Below, piece after piece: positions 40,025-49,799 of a stretch of 64,000 bases of DNA. The DNA comes from Patescibacteria group bacterium (GTDB lineage: Bacteria > Patescibacteriota > Patescibacteriia > Magasanikbacterales > UBA922). The translations under genes were made by a program, and so were the position numbers. The stretch covers positions 26,188 through 90,187 of the forward strand of contig JBAZIZ010000005.1 of the NCBI GenBank assembly GCA_041651535.1, in the 5' to 3' direction. A model generated the notes under the pieces. The model was given only the letters and a program-made list of their open reading frames with translations. It was not told where the DNA came from and did not search any database. Position 1 is the stretch's first letter. Each line of letters begins with the position of its first letter.

Positions 40025-41377
40025 ATGAAAATTAAATTTTGTGGAGCGGATAAAGAAGTGACCGGATCTTGCCATTTGTTAGAAACTAATAATAAAAAAA
40101 TTTTGATAGATTGTGGCATGTTTCAAGGCACTGATTTTAGTGAAGGAAAAAATTTTGATCATTTTCCATTTGATCCAAAACAAATAGATTTTGTTTTATT
40201 AACTCATGCTCATCTAGATCATTGTGGGCGTATACCAAAATTAGTCAAAGAAGGTTTTTCAGGAAAAATATATACGACAAAAGCAAGTAAAGAATTAGCA
40301 CCACTTATTTGGAAAGACGCTTATAATATCATGAAATATGATAATAAAAAATTTTCTTATCCGATTTTGTATGATTTAACTGATATAAAAAATGCAAAAA
40401 GTCTTTTGACTGGTATTGATTATGATAAAAAAATAAAATTAGCACCAGATTTGGAAATAGAATTTCAAGATGCTGGACACATTTTTGGTTCAGCTTTTGT
40501 TTCTATTTTTACAGAAAATAAAAAAATTGTTTTTTCCGGAGATATTGGAAATGAAAATGTGCCTATCATAAAAGAGACAGAAAAATTAATTGAAGCTGAT
40601 TATTTAGTTTGCGAATCAACTTATGGTGATAGATTTCATGAAAAAAGTGAAGAAAGAAAAGATATAATTTTACGTTTGATAAAAGATGGAGTACAAAAAG
40701 GTGGTACAATTATGATCCCAGCTTTTTCTTTGGAAAGAACCCAAGAATTTTTGTATGAATTAAATCGTTTATCTGAACATGAAAAAACTTTACCAAAAAT
40801 TCCAATTTATTTAGACAGCCCTTTATCGATTGATGCGACAAAAGTTTATAATAAATATCCAGAATATTATGATGAAGAAGCAAAAAAACTTCATATGATC
40901 GGCGATGATTTTTTACATTTTCCAAATTTAGAATTGACTTACACCAAAAGAGATTCAAAAAAAATAAACAAAATTAAAGGACCAAAAATGGTCATTGCTG
41001 GAGCTGGTATGATGAATGGTGGAAGAATTTTGCATCATGCCGCACGTTATCTTTCAGATCCAAATTCAACTTTAATCATTGTTGGTTATCAAGCGCAGGG
41101 AACTTTAGGTAGAAAACTTTACGAAGGAGAAAAAGAAGTAAATGTCATGCACCAAAAAATAGAAGTAAAATGTCAAATTCAAGCGATCGGAGCTCTATCA
41201 GCTCATGGTGATCAAAATAAAATTTTAAATTGGATTGGTAATTCAAAAAATAGTTTACAGACAATATTCTTTGTTCACGGTGAAGACAAAGCATTAACAA
41301 CTTTGGCTGAAAAAACAACTAAAGATTTTAAAATAAAAACAATAATACCAAGCGAAGGCGAAGAATTTGAAATTTAA
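40025..41377 (+). CDS. MBL-fold beta-CASP ribonuclease (RNase J/CPSF-like)
   Basis: HAHLDHCGRIP (HxHxDH), the beta-CASP region, C-terminal His motif SAHGDQ. 450 aa. Confidence 0.65.
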   Translation: MKIKFCGADKEVTGSCHLLETNNKKILIDCGMFQGTDFSEGKNFDHFPFDPKQIDFVLLTHAHLDHCGRIPKLVKEGFSGKIYTTKASKELAPLIWKDAYNIMKYDNKKFSYPILYDLTDIKNAKSLLTGIDYDKKIKLAPDLEIEFQDAGHIFGSAFVSIFTENKKIVFSGDIGNENVPIIKETEKLIEADYLVCESTYGDRFHEKSEERKDIILRLIKDGVQKGGTIMIPAFSLERTQEFLYELNRLSEHEKTLPKIPIYLDSPLSIDATKVYNKYPEYYDEEAKKLHMIGDDFLHFPNLELTYTKRDSKKINKIKGPKMVIAGAGMMNGGRILHHAARYLSDPNSTLIIVGYQAQGTLGRKLYEGEKEVNVMHQKIEVKCQIQAIGALSAHGDQNKILNWIGNSKNSLQTIFFVHGEDKALTTLAEKTTKDFKIKTIIPSEGEEFEI

Positions 41378-41414
41378 AAATAAAAAAACAGCTTAATTAA
41401 AAGTTGTTTTTTTG

Positions 41415-41488
41415 TGTCAGGGGGGAGAATCGAACTCCCGACCTCCGGGTTATGAATCCGACGCTCTAACCGTCTGAGCTACCCTGAC
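41415..41488 (-). tRNA. tRNA-Met/fMet/Ile2 (anticodon CAT)
   Basis: The reverse complement gives a cloverleaf: acceptor gtcaggg/ccctgac, anticodon loop tcATAac (CAT), T-loop ttcgatt. 74 nt. Confidence 0.8.
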
Positions 41489-41505
41489 TTTTTTCGATTT
41501 TTTTG

Positions 41506-41577
41506 TACCGCCACGGGGAATCGAACCCCGATTACCAGGATGAGAACCTGGCGTCCTAGCCGTTAGACGATGGCGGC
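41506..41577 (-). tRNA. tRNA-Glu (anticodon CTC)
   Basis: The reverse complement is gccgccatcgtctaacggctaggacgccaggttCTCatcctggtaatcggggttcgattccccgtggcggta. 72 nt. Confidence 0.75.
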
Positions 41578-41770
41578 GTCTGAACGCGGTTTTATTGTGT
41601 TAAAATTATATACTTTTTTTTTGCTAATGTCAATAAATAAATTAAAAATCAAAAATGTAAAATTAAAAATATGTATTTTTTAGAAGCGTCATTTTTTGAA
41701 TTTTTCATTTTGAATTTTTCGTTGATTGTGGTATTATTATAATAAGAAAAGTTTAAAATTAAATAAAATT

Positions 41771-42775
41771 ATGAAAACAATAAAAAAATTTTTTGATGAA
41801 GCTATAAAGAAAAAAGCTTCAGACATACTTTTAGCAGCTGGTGAAAAACCTTTTTTGCGAATCGAAGGTGATTTGGTAGCGATAGATGATAAAGAATTAA
41901 ATAAAAAAGATTTAGAATTAGAACTTTTTTCTATTTTAAATGCTGAACAAAAAAAGAAATTTCAAGAAAATTTGGAATTAGATTTTGCTTATGAACATAA
42001 TAAAAATCGTTTCCGAGTAAATTTTCATTATCAAGAAGGTGGAATTGCTATGTCTGGTCGTTTGATTCCACAAGAAATTCCAACTCCAGAAGATATAAGA
42101 CTTGAAGAAAATTTATTAGAATTAGTAAATTTGGAAAGTGGATTAGTTTTGGTTGTCGGTGCAACTGGAAATGGAAAATCAACAACAATTGCGACTATTT
42201 TAGAAGAAATCAATAAAAATAAAAAAGAACATATTATTACAATTGAAGATCCGATCGAATTTTTGTTTAATAGTAAACAAAGTATGGTAGAACAAAGAGA
42301 AATTGGAATTGACACAAAAAGTTTTGCTGAAGCATTAAAACATGTTTTACGTCAAAATCCAGATATTATTTTTATCGGAGAAATGCGTGATCCAGAAACT
42401 ATTGCGACAGCTCTTACTGCTGCCGAAACTGGTCATTTGGTTTTTTCTACTTTACACACTTTTAATGCCGCGGAAACTATAAAAAGAATCGTGGATGTAT
42501 TTGAAGGACCAAAACAAAAACAAGTTTTATCGCAATTATCTTCAGTTTTGCGAGTTGTTGTTGCTCAAAAATTATTAAAATCAAAATCTGGGAAGCAAGT
42601 TGTCGCCAGAGAAATTTTAGTAAATAATTCAGCTATAGCAAATATGATAAAAGAAAATAATTTATCACAAATTGTTAGTGCTATGCAAACTGGTGCTAAA
42701 GATGGCATGAAGACAATGGATACCTCATTAAAAGAATTAATTAAAAGTGGTGAAATAGATAAAGAGAAAAAATAA
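41771..42775 (+). CDS. pilT: Type IV pilus retraction ATPase PilT
   Basis: Walker A GATGNGKSTT, Asp box IITIEDPIEF, His box. The start is taken at MKTIKK; the ORF track extends to 41726. Confidence 0.8.
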   Translation: MKTIKKFFDEAIKKKASDILLAAGEKPFLRIEGDLVAIDDKELNKKDLELELFSILNAEQKKKFQENLELDFAYEHNKNRFRVNFHYQEGGIAMSGRLIPQEIPTPEDIRLEENLLELVNLESGLVLVVGATGNGKSTTIATILEEINKNKKEHIITIEDPIEFLFNSKQSMVEQREIGIDTKSFAEALKHVLRQNPDIIFIGEMRDPETIATALTAAETGHLVFSTLHTFNAAETIKRIVDVFEGPKQKQVLSQLSSVLRVVVAQKLLKSKSGKQVVAREILVNNSAIANMIKENNLSQIVSAMQTGAKDGMKTMDTSLKELIKSGEIDKEKK

Positions 42776-42782
42776 ATTTTTT

Positions 42783-44552
42783 ATGTATTTGCGGACAAAT
42801 AATCCCGGTAATATAAAAAAATATGCGATTGATCCTCGAATCAGAATTGCTAGTTTGTTTTTTTCTGCTTGTATTTTAATAATAATTGCTAGATTGTTTT
42901 TGCTCATGATTATTGATCACTCTTTTTATTCCTCAGTAGCTTCAGGTAATCAAGAATTATATAAAAAACTTTATCCAAATCGCGGTTCAATTTTTTTACA
43001 ATCTGTAAATAGTGAGATGGTTTATCCTTTAGTAATAAACAAAGAACTTTATAATTTATATTTAAATACCAAAGAAATTTTAGATGATGAAAGTGCCGAA
43101 AAAGTGGCGACAAAATTAGCTGAATTTTTTTCTTATGATGATGAAAAAAAATTAACCATTTATTTAAAAGCTAATAAAAGAACTGATCCTTACGAACCAA
43201 TTGAAAATAAAATTGAAACTGATAAAAAAGAAGAAATTGAAAAAATGGAATTACCTGGAGTACATTTTGTCGAATTGCCAAGTCGTTTTTATCCAGAAAA
43301 TAATTTACTTGCACAAGTAATTGGTTTTTTAGGAAAAGATGATGAAGGAAATGATGTAGGTCATTATGGACTAGAAGGTTATTGGAATAAAGAATTAAGT
43401 GGTAAAGGTGGATTTTTGGAAGGATTAAAAAGTGCCAAAGGTAGTATTATTGCTGGAGCAGAAAAATCTTTTGAACCAGCTGAAGATGGTGTTGATTTAT
43501 ATTTAACAATAGATCGAACTTTACAATCTGAAACCTGTGCAATTTTAAAAAGAAGAATGGAATTATATGAAGCCCAAGCAGCTTCACTGATTATTATGAA
43601 TCCGAAAACTGGGGCAATACTCACCATGTGTTCTTTTCCAGATTTTGATCCAAATAATTATGGAAAAGTTGATTCAGTAGCAGTTTATAATAATTTAAAT
43701 ATTTATGAACCTTATGAACCTGGATCAATTTTTAAACCGATTGCAATGTCCGCAGCTTTAAATGAAGAAATACTTAGTCCTGATTCATATTTTCATGATA
43801 GTGGTTCAGCTGAAGTTGGTTGTACAAAACCAATAAAAAATGCTGATGGCAAATCATATGGCGACCAAACCATGACTGGAGTTTTGGAAAATTCTATTAA
43901 TACTGGCATGGTTTATGTTGTAAATAAATTAGGTAAAGAAAAATTTGTTGATTATATCCAAAAATTTGGTTTTGGTGTAAAAACTGGTTTAGAATTAGAT
44001 ACTGAAAATACTGGGACTTATGAATCTTTACTTAGAAATGATATGACAAAAGTTGATTGTTACACAGCCACAGCTTCTTTTGGTCAAGGAATTACAGCAA
44101 CGCCGATTCAAATGATTAGTGCTTTTGCTGCTATTGCTAATGGGGGAAAACTTATGAAACCATATATTATTGCGAAAAAAGAATATTTTGATGGTAGAAT
44201 TGAAGAAACAAAACCTTTAGTTGTCCGTGATGTTTTAACAAAAAAAACTTCAGCACTTTTGTCAGGAATGTTAGTCAGGGTTATTGATAAAGGACAAGGA
44301 GTTTTGGCAAAAGTAAATGGTTATTATTTAGCAGGAAAAACTGGTACAGCACAAATTGCTGGTCCAAATGGTTATACAGATGAGTATAACCATTCGTTTA
44401 TTGGTTTTGGACCAGTGGACGATCCAAAATTTATTGTGATGATTAGACTTGAAAAACCAAAATTAATTTATTCTTCAACTACAGCTGCACCGACTTTTTC
44501 AGAAATAGCTAATTATATTTTAAAATATTATAAAATACCAAAAAATTATTAA
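42783..44552 (+). CDS. Penicillin-binding protein (class B transpeptidase, FtsI/PBP2-like)
   Basis: N-terminal TM helix. SxxK (GSIFKP), SxN (ENSINTG), KTG (AGKTGTAQ). Confidence 0.85.
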   Translation: MYLRTNNPGNIKKYAIDPRIRIASLFFSACILIIIARLFLLMIIDHSFYSSVASGNQELYKKLYPNRGSIFLQSVNSEMVYPLVINKELYNLYLNTKEILDDESAEKVATKLAEFFSYDDEKKLTIYLKANKRTDPYEPIENKIETDKKEEIEKMELPGVHFVELPSRFYPENNLLAQVIGFLGKDDEGNDVGHYGLEGYWNKELSGKGGFLEGLKSAKGSIIAGAEKSFEPAEDGVDLYLTIDRTLQSETCAILKRRMELYEAQAASLIIMNPKTGAILTMCSFPDFDPNNYGKVDSVAVYNNLNIYEPYEPGSIFKPIAMSAALNEEILSPDSYFHDSGSAEVGCTKPIKNADGKSYGDQTMTGVLENSINTGMVYVVNKLGKEKFVDYIQKFGFGVKTGLELDTENTGTYESLLRNDMTKVDCYTATASFGQGITATPIQMISAFAAIANGGKLMKPYIIAKKEYFDGRIEETKPLVVRDVLTKKTSALLSGMLVRVIDKGQGVLAKVNGYYLAGKTGTAQIAGPNGYTDEYNHSFIGFGPVDDPKFIVMIRLEKPKLIYSSTTAAPTFSEIANYILKYYKIPKNY

Positions 44553-44561
44553 ATAAAAAAT

Positions 44562-45920
44562 ATGAAAGAAGAAACAATTAAAAAAATAAAAAAACAAGCT
44601 GAAAAAGATTTTAGTTATACTATAAATGAAACTGGAGAATATCGTGAATCTTGGCGAATATTTAGAATCATGTCTGAATTTGTAGAAGGTTACCAATTTT
44701 TATCTTCTCTACAAAAAGAAGTAACAATTTTTGGGTCAGCACGATTAGATGAAAATACTAAAGAATACAAAATTGCTCGTGAACTTGGTTATCTGCTTGG
44801 TCGAGATGGTTTTACTGTGATTACTGGCGGTGGTCCTGGAGTGATGGAAGCAGCAAATCGTGGAGCTTATGAAGCTGATGGTAAATCAGTTGGTTTAAAT
44901 ATTCAATTACCATTTGAACAAAGAATAAATCCTTATGTAAAAGAATCGACAGCTTTTTATTATTTTTTTACTAGAAAAGTAATGCTTACTTCACCAGCTA
45001 ATGCTTTTGTTTATTTTCCGGGTGGTTTTGGAACAATGGATGAATTTTTTGAAGTGGTGGATTTGATGGAACTTGGCAAAATGCATCATGCTCCAGTTAT
45101 TTTAGTTGGCAAAGATTTTTGGCAACCGATTTTAGATTTTTTGAAAAAAAATTCAGTTGAAGTTGGTTCAGTAGAAAAAAAATATATTGATAGTTGGCAT
45201 GTTGTAGATAGTGCTACTGAAGCTTATGAATTTATTAAAGATGCAAAAGATTTAACTTATTCATCTTGCGAATTATCACCAAACAGTTTTAGATGTGATC
45301 AACAAAAAACTGATTGGAAAATTTTTAAAATCATGGCTGAATTAGTGGAAGGTTTTGATTTTTTGACTGGACTTATCGAAGATGTAACAGTGCTTGGTAC
45401 AAAAGCGATAAAATCAGATTCACCATATTACAAACAAGCAGAAGAATTTGGTAAAAGATTAGCTGAAGAAAAAATTACTGTGGTTAATGGTGGTGGACCT
45501 GGAATTATGGAAGCAGTTTCCAAAGGAGCTTTTGAAAATGGGGGAGAAACAATTGGTATTAATATGGAAATCGGCACTAAACAACGGGCTAATCCTTATT
45601 TAAAAAAATCAATTGGTTTTAAATTTCCTTTTACTCGTAAAATGATTTTAACCGCACCATCAAAAGCTTTCATTTTTTTTCCTGGAGGTTTTGGAACTCT
45701 TCACCAACTTTATGAAATTTTAACTTTGATTCAGACTGGTAAAATGCAAAAAATTCCAATAATTTTATTTGATCATAAATTTTGGGAACCTCTTCATGCT
45801 CATATCAAGAAAATTTTTGTGCATGAATATGAAACGATTGGGGATCTTGATGATGAGTTATATCAAATCGTAGATGATGTAGAGAGCGCAATAAAAATTA
45901 TTAAAGAATTTAGAAAGTAA
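44562..45920 (+). CDS. Tandem double LOG-family (TIGR00730, Rossmann-fold nucleotide-binding) protein
   Basis: Two complete repeats, each with GGGPG(V/I)MEA and PGGFGT(M/L) motifs: aa about 40-200 and 265-430. Confidence 0.75.
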   Translation: MKEETIKKIKKQAEKDFSYTINETGEYRESWRIFRIMSEFVEGYQFLSSLQKEVTIFGSARLDENTKEYKIARELGYLLGRDGFTVITGGGPGVMEAANRGAYEADGKSVGLNIQLPFEQRINPYVKESTAFYYFFTRKVMLTSPANAFVYFPGGFGTMDEFFEVVDLMELGKMHHAPVILVGKDFWQPILDFLKKNSVEVGSVEKKYIDSWHVVDSATEAYEFIKDAKDLTYSSCELSPNSFRCDQQKTDWKIFKIMAELVEGFDFLTGLIEDVTVLGTKAIKSDSPYYKQAEEFGKRLAEEKITVVNGGGPGIMEAVSKGAFENGGETIGINMEIGTKQRANPYLKKSIGFKFPFTRKMILTAPSKAFIFFPGGFGTLHQLYEILTLIQTGKMQKIPIILFDHKFWEPLHAHIKKIFVHEYETIGDLDDELYQIVDDVESAIKIIKEFRK

Positions 45921-45929
45921 AAATAAATT

Positions 45930-46496
45930 ATGTATTATATTGCTGGTAAAAAGCAGAAGAGAATTACTTTAATAACTTTGTTTGCTGATGATATTCTAGA
46001 AAAAATAAAAAAAATTGTGGCTGATAAAGAAAATTTAATTTGTAAAATTCCTTATGGAATAGATGATGATAATAGAAAACAAATGGATACTTTGCCGTAC
46101 CATTTTACGATTTCTAGTTGGGATAATAAATTTGAAAGACAAGTTGTAGAAATTTTAAAAGAATTAAATTTTTCAAATTTTGTTTTGAAAATTGATAAAG
46201 TAAAAATTATGTCGGGAAAAGAAAACAGCCATATTCTTTATTTTTTTGCAAAAAATGATGATAAATTAAGAAAAATACAAAAAAGTATTTTTGAAAAAAT
46301 TCCTAATGAAAAATATAATCCAGCTAATTTTGAATTTCATATAACTTTGGCTATTGATAAAGATCAAAATAATATTTTGAAATTAAAAGAAAAAATAGAA
46401 AAAAATTTTGAAGCTTTTGAAATTAGAATAGATAAATTGGCTTTATTTTCTATTTATCCTGCTAGAAAAATTTTTGAAAAAGCTTTGAAAGAATAA
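45930..46496 (+). CDS. 2H phosphoesterase superfamily protein (LigT/ThpR-like)
   Basis: Two H-x-T/S-x motifs (HFTIS and HITLA) at the spacing expected for a 2H fold. 188 aa. Confidence 0.5.
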   Translation: MYYIAGKKQKRITLITLFADDILEKIKKIVADKENLICKIPYGIDDDNRKQMDTLPYHFTISSWDNKFERQVVEILKELNFSNFVLKIDKVKIMSGKENSHILYFFAKNDDKLRKIQKSIFEKIPNEKYNPANFEFHITLAIDKDQNNILKLKEKIEKNFEAFEIRIDKLALFSIYPARKIFEKALKE

Positions 46497-46552
46497 TTTT
46501 TTGTTTATTATAGACAAAAATATTTTTTTATTGTATTATACTGTTTAAAAAT

Positions 46553-46639
46553 GGAGAGTTCGCATAGTGGTCGAGTGCGCTGCCTTGGAAAGGCAGTATA
46601 TCCGAAAGGGTATCGAGGGTTCGAATCCCTCATTCTCCG
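46553..46639 (+). tRNA. tRNA-Ser (anticodon GGA), class II
   Basis: Acceptor ggagagt/attctcc, anticodon stem-loop ctgcc-ttGGAaa-ggcag, long variable arm, T-loop ttcgaat. 87 nt. Confidence 0.8.
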
Positions 46640-46853
46640 CGAACGAAGTGAGCGAAAATGAGCGAGCAAATAGTTTTTCTCGCGTAGGGATGAGAACGCC
46701 GGAGTGATGTTTAGCGAGTTTGCTGACGAGCTAAACCGCGAGGTGGTGACTAGCCCGAGGTGGCGGAAGCCACTGAGAGGCGAAGTAGAATCCCTCATTC
46801 TCCGCAAAAATGTTTTTCTTTTTGTTGATAAATAGAATCCTTCATTCCTCGCC
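46623..46853 (+). repeat. Three direct copies of the tRNA-Ser(GGA) 3'-end 18-mer flanking a GC-rich 148-bp insert (att-like scars)
   Basis: gaatccctcattctccgc at 46623-46640 and 46788-46805. Degenerate agaatccttcattcctcgc at 46834-46852. The intervening 46641-46787 is about 55% GC and hairpin-rich. Confidence 0.55.
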
Positions 46854-46865
46854 AAATTTTAATTT

Positions 46866-49412
46866 ATGGAAAATATTTATAAATATAAAGGACTTTCTGA
46901 AAGTGAAGTTCAACAATTGTTAAAAAAAGAGGGCTATAATGAACTTCCTTCTCAAAAAAAACAAAGTTGGTTTTCTATTTTGATTAGTGTTCTGTCTGAA
47001 CCGATGCTTCTTTTATTAGTTGGTAGTGGTGTGATTTATTTGTTCATGGGAGAAGTTAAAGATGCTTTAATGCTTCTTTTGTTTGTTTTTGTGGTGATTG
47101 GTATTACTTTTTTTCAAGAAAGAAAAACAGAAAAAACTCTTGAAGCTTTACGTGATTTATCAAGTCCTCGAGCCTTAGTTATTCGTGATGGTGTACAAAA
47201 AAGAATTGCGGGTAGAGAAGTAGTTCGTGGGGATATTCTTATTATACGTGAAGGAGATCGAGTGCCAGCAGATGCTTTTATCCTTGCTGGTGAAAATTTA
47301 AATGTTGATGAATCACTTTTGACTGGAGAATCTGTGGCAGTCAGAAAATCTATTTGGGATGGAAAGACAGAAAAAATGAGACCAGGTGGGGATGATCTTC
47401 CATTTATATATTCTGGTTCATTGATTATTAGTGGCCATGGTTTGGCACAAGTAAGTCAAATCGGTTCAAAGACTGAGATTGGTAAAATTGGTAAAAGTTT
47501 AGAAGGAATAAAAGACGAGGATACATTATTACACAAAGAAACAGAAAAAATAGTTCGCTACGTTGCTGTCAGTAGTATTATTCTTTGTATTTTTGTAGTA
47601 GTAGTTTATATTTTGATTAAGGGTAGTATTATTGGTGGTTTATTAGCTGGTCTTACTTTGAGTATGGCGATGTTGCCAGAAGAATTTCCTATGGTACTTT
47701 TGATATTTTTAACTCTTGGAGCTTGGAGAATTTCTAAAAAAAAGGTGTTAACAAGACGAGCTGCAGCTATTGAAACATTAGGAGCAGCGACTGTACTTTG
47801 TACTGATAAAACTGGGACATTAACTCAAAACAAAATGGAATTAGCTTGTTTGTACTCAGAAGGTTCTTTTTTTGAATTAAATGATTTAGCTTCAATAGAA
47901 TTACCTGATAAGTTTAAAAAACTTTTAGAATATGGAATTTTAGCTAGTCAAAAAGATCCTTATGATCCAATTGAAAAAGAATTATGTGCAATGGGAAAAA
48001 TATATTTAAAAGAAAATAAGATAGATGATGAAAATTTTTCTTTAAAAAAAGAATATCCGCTCACTAAAGAATTTTTGGCTCTGTCTCGTGTCTGGTCTGT
48101 AAAAAATAAACAAGAATTAGTTATTGCTTCAAAAGGAGCACCAGAAACAATTCTTGATTTATGTCATATTGAAGGCAAAGAAAAAGAAAATATTCTTCAA
48201 AAAGTAAAAGAAATGGCTGACAAAGGTTTGCGAGTTTTAGGATCAGCCGAAGCTGTTTATTATTCAGATAATTTACCAAGCATTCAGCATGATTTTAATT
48301 TTGAATTTGTTGGTTTACTTGGTTTTATTGATCCAATCCGTCCAAATGTTTCTAGTGCAGTTGCAGAAGCTCAAGAAGCTGGCATAAGAGTGATAATGAT
48401 CACTGGAGATTATCCTGGCACAGCACAATTTATTGCTAAAAAAATTGGTTTAAAAAATCCTGATGAATATTTAACTGGAGAAGATTTAAATAAAATTTCT
48501 TTTAAAGAATTAGAAGAAAAAATTAAAACTGTAAATATTTTTGCTAGAGTTTTGCCAGAACAAAAACTTTTGATTGTCAAAGCTCTCAAAGCTACTAAAG
48601 AAATAACAGCCATGACTGGTGATGGAGTAAATGATGCTCCAGCATTGAAAGCTGCTAACATAGGAATTGCTATGGGTGAAAGAGGAACTGATGTTGCGCG
48701 TGAAGCTTCATCTCTTGTTTTATTAAATGATGATTTTTCTTCGATTGTCTCAGCTGTCAGATTGGGACGCAGAATTTATGATAATCTAAAAAGAGCAATG
48801 GGTTATGTTTTAGCTGTACATGTACCTATTGCTGGTATGTCTATTTTACCTTTGGTTTTTGATTTACCGATTGTACTTTTTCCAGCTCATATTGCTTTTT
48901 TGGAATTGATTATTGATCCAGCTTGTTCTACAGTTTTTGAATCAGAAAAAGAAGTAGAGGGTATAATGAAAAAATCACCTAGAAATATTCAGCAGTCAAT
49001 GTTTAATTTCAAAACAGTAGCAATTAATATGTTGCAAGGTTTGACGGTTTTAATAGTTTCTTTTGCTTTGTATTTTTTTATTATAAAATTAGGTCGGGGT
49101 GAAATTGAAGCAAGATCTTTTGCTTTTGCTTCATTAGTTTTATCTAATTTAATGTTAATTGTTACCAATCTTTCTTGGAGTCAAAACTTTTTTCAAATAT
49201 TACGCTCGGCAAATAGAATTTTATTTTCTGTGATTTTTGGAGCAATATTTTGTTTAATAGCTGTTTTGTATGTACCATTTTTGTCTGGTTTATTTCATCT
49301 AGCGCCATTACATCTAAATGATTTTATTTTAATTTTTTTGGCAATGTCGATCAGTTTAGTTTGGTTTGAAATATTAAAAATATTTAATAATAAATATCAT
49401 TATTTAAATTGA
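46866..49412 (+). CDS. Cation-transporting P-type ATPase (type II, Ca2+/Mg2+-like)
   Basis: DKTGTLT phosphorylation site, TGDGVNDAPAL hinge, 10 predicted TM helices. 848 aa. Confidence 0.85.
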   Translation: MENIYKYKGLSESEVQQLLKKEGYNELPSQKKQSWFSILISVLSEPMLLLLVGSGVIYLFMGEVKDALMLLLFVFVVIGITFFQERKTEKTLEALRDLSSPRALVIRDGVQKRIAGREVVRGDILIIREGDRVPADAFILAGENLNVDESLLTGESVAVRKSIWDGKTEKMRPGGDDLPFIYSGSLIISGHGLAQVSQIGSKTEIGKIGKSLEGIKDEDTLLHKETEKIVRYVAVSSIILCIFVVVVYILIKGSIIGGLLAGLTLSMAMLPEEFPMVLLIFLTLGAWRISKKKVLTRRAAAIETLGAATVLCTDKTGTLTQNKMELACLYSEGSFFELNDLASIELPDKFKKLLEYGILASQKDPYDPIEKELCAMGKIYLKENKIDDENFSLKKEYPLTKEFLALSRVWSVKNKQELVIASKGAPETILDLCHIEGKEKENILQKVKEMADKGLRVLGSAEAVYYSDNLPSIQHDFNFEFVGLLGFIDPIRPNVSSAVAEAQEAGIRVIMITGDYPGTAQFIAKKIGLKNPDEYLTGEDLNKISFKELEEKIKTVNIFARVLPEQKLLIVKALKATKEITAMTGDGVNDAPALKAANIGIAMGERGTDVAREASSLVLLNDDFSSIVSAVRLGRRIYDNLKRAMGYVLAVHVPIAGMSILPLVFDLPIVLFPAHIAFLELIIDPACSTVFESEKEVEGIMKKSPRNIQQSMFNFKTVAINMLQGLTVLIVSFALYFFIIKLGRGEIEARSFAFASLVLSNLMLIVTNLSWSQNFFQILRSANRILFSVIFGAIFCLIAVLYVPFLSGLFHLAPLHLNDFILIFLAMSISLVWFEILKIFNNKYHYLN

Positions 49413-49413
49413 T

Positions 49414-49550
49414 AAAATAAATTATGGAGAGCCCCGCCGAGTCGGGGTAAACCCCGTCAAGGCGGGGTAAAGTGGCTGGGCTTATCCCGCCTCGGTGGGT
49501 TGAAGTTGAAAGTGAAAAATTGTTTGTATTTTTAAATAAATTATGGAGAG
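49414..49550 (+). repeat. 17-bp direct repeat (aataaattatggagag) duplicating the tRNA-Ser(CGA) upstream region and 5' end, flanking a GC-rich hairpin-rich 103-bp segment
   Basis: Copies at 49414-49430 and 49534-49550. Between them is ccccgccgagtcggggtaaaccccgtcaaggcggggtaaagtggctgggcttatcccgcctcggtggg, which is not tRNA-like. Confidence 0.5.
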
Positions 49551-49634
49551 ATGTCTGAGTTGGTTGAAAGTACCGCTCTCGAAAAGCGGCAGGGTGAATA
49601 GCCCTCGCGGGTTCGAATCCCGCTCTCTCCGCCA
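49545..49634 (+). tRNA. tRNA-Ser (anticodon CGA), class II, CCA encoded
   Basis: ggagagatgtctgagttggttgaaagtaccgctctCGAaaagcggcagggtgaatagccctcgcgggttcgaatcccgctctctccgcca. Long variable arm, T-loop ttcgaat. Confidence 0.85.
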
Positions 49635-49799
49635 AGACAATTTAGTATCGGTTTGACCCGAATGCCCAGCTTTTGCTGGGTTTTTTCGTTTCTAATCTCT
49701 ACTACTCGACTAAGTGGGATTTTGGAACTAAAAGCAGGATTTTTATATCCTGTTTTTTTGTCCTTTTACTTTACTTTTATGGGTATTTAAGCTATATTT

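Noticed and set aside
41726-41770. Extended N-terminus of pilT from the ORF-track start at 41726 (MWYYYNKKSLKLNKI).
   Set aside because: PilT homologues begin directly with the MKTIKK-type N-terminal domain. The extension probably reflects the lack of an in-frame upstream stop, so the start is set at 41771.
46508-46855. Minus-strand ORFs 46508-46855 and 49384-49635 (Arg/Ser-rich).
   Set aside because: They are shadows of tRNA-Ser genes and the GC-rich att-like inserts; classic spurious ORFs across tRNA loci.
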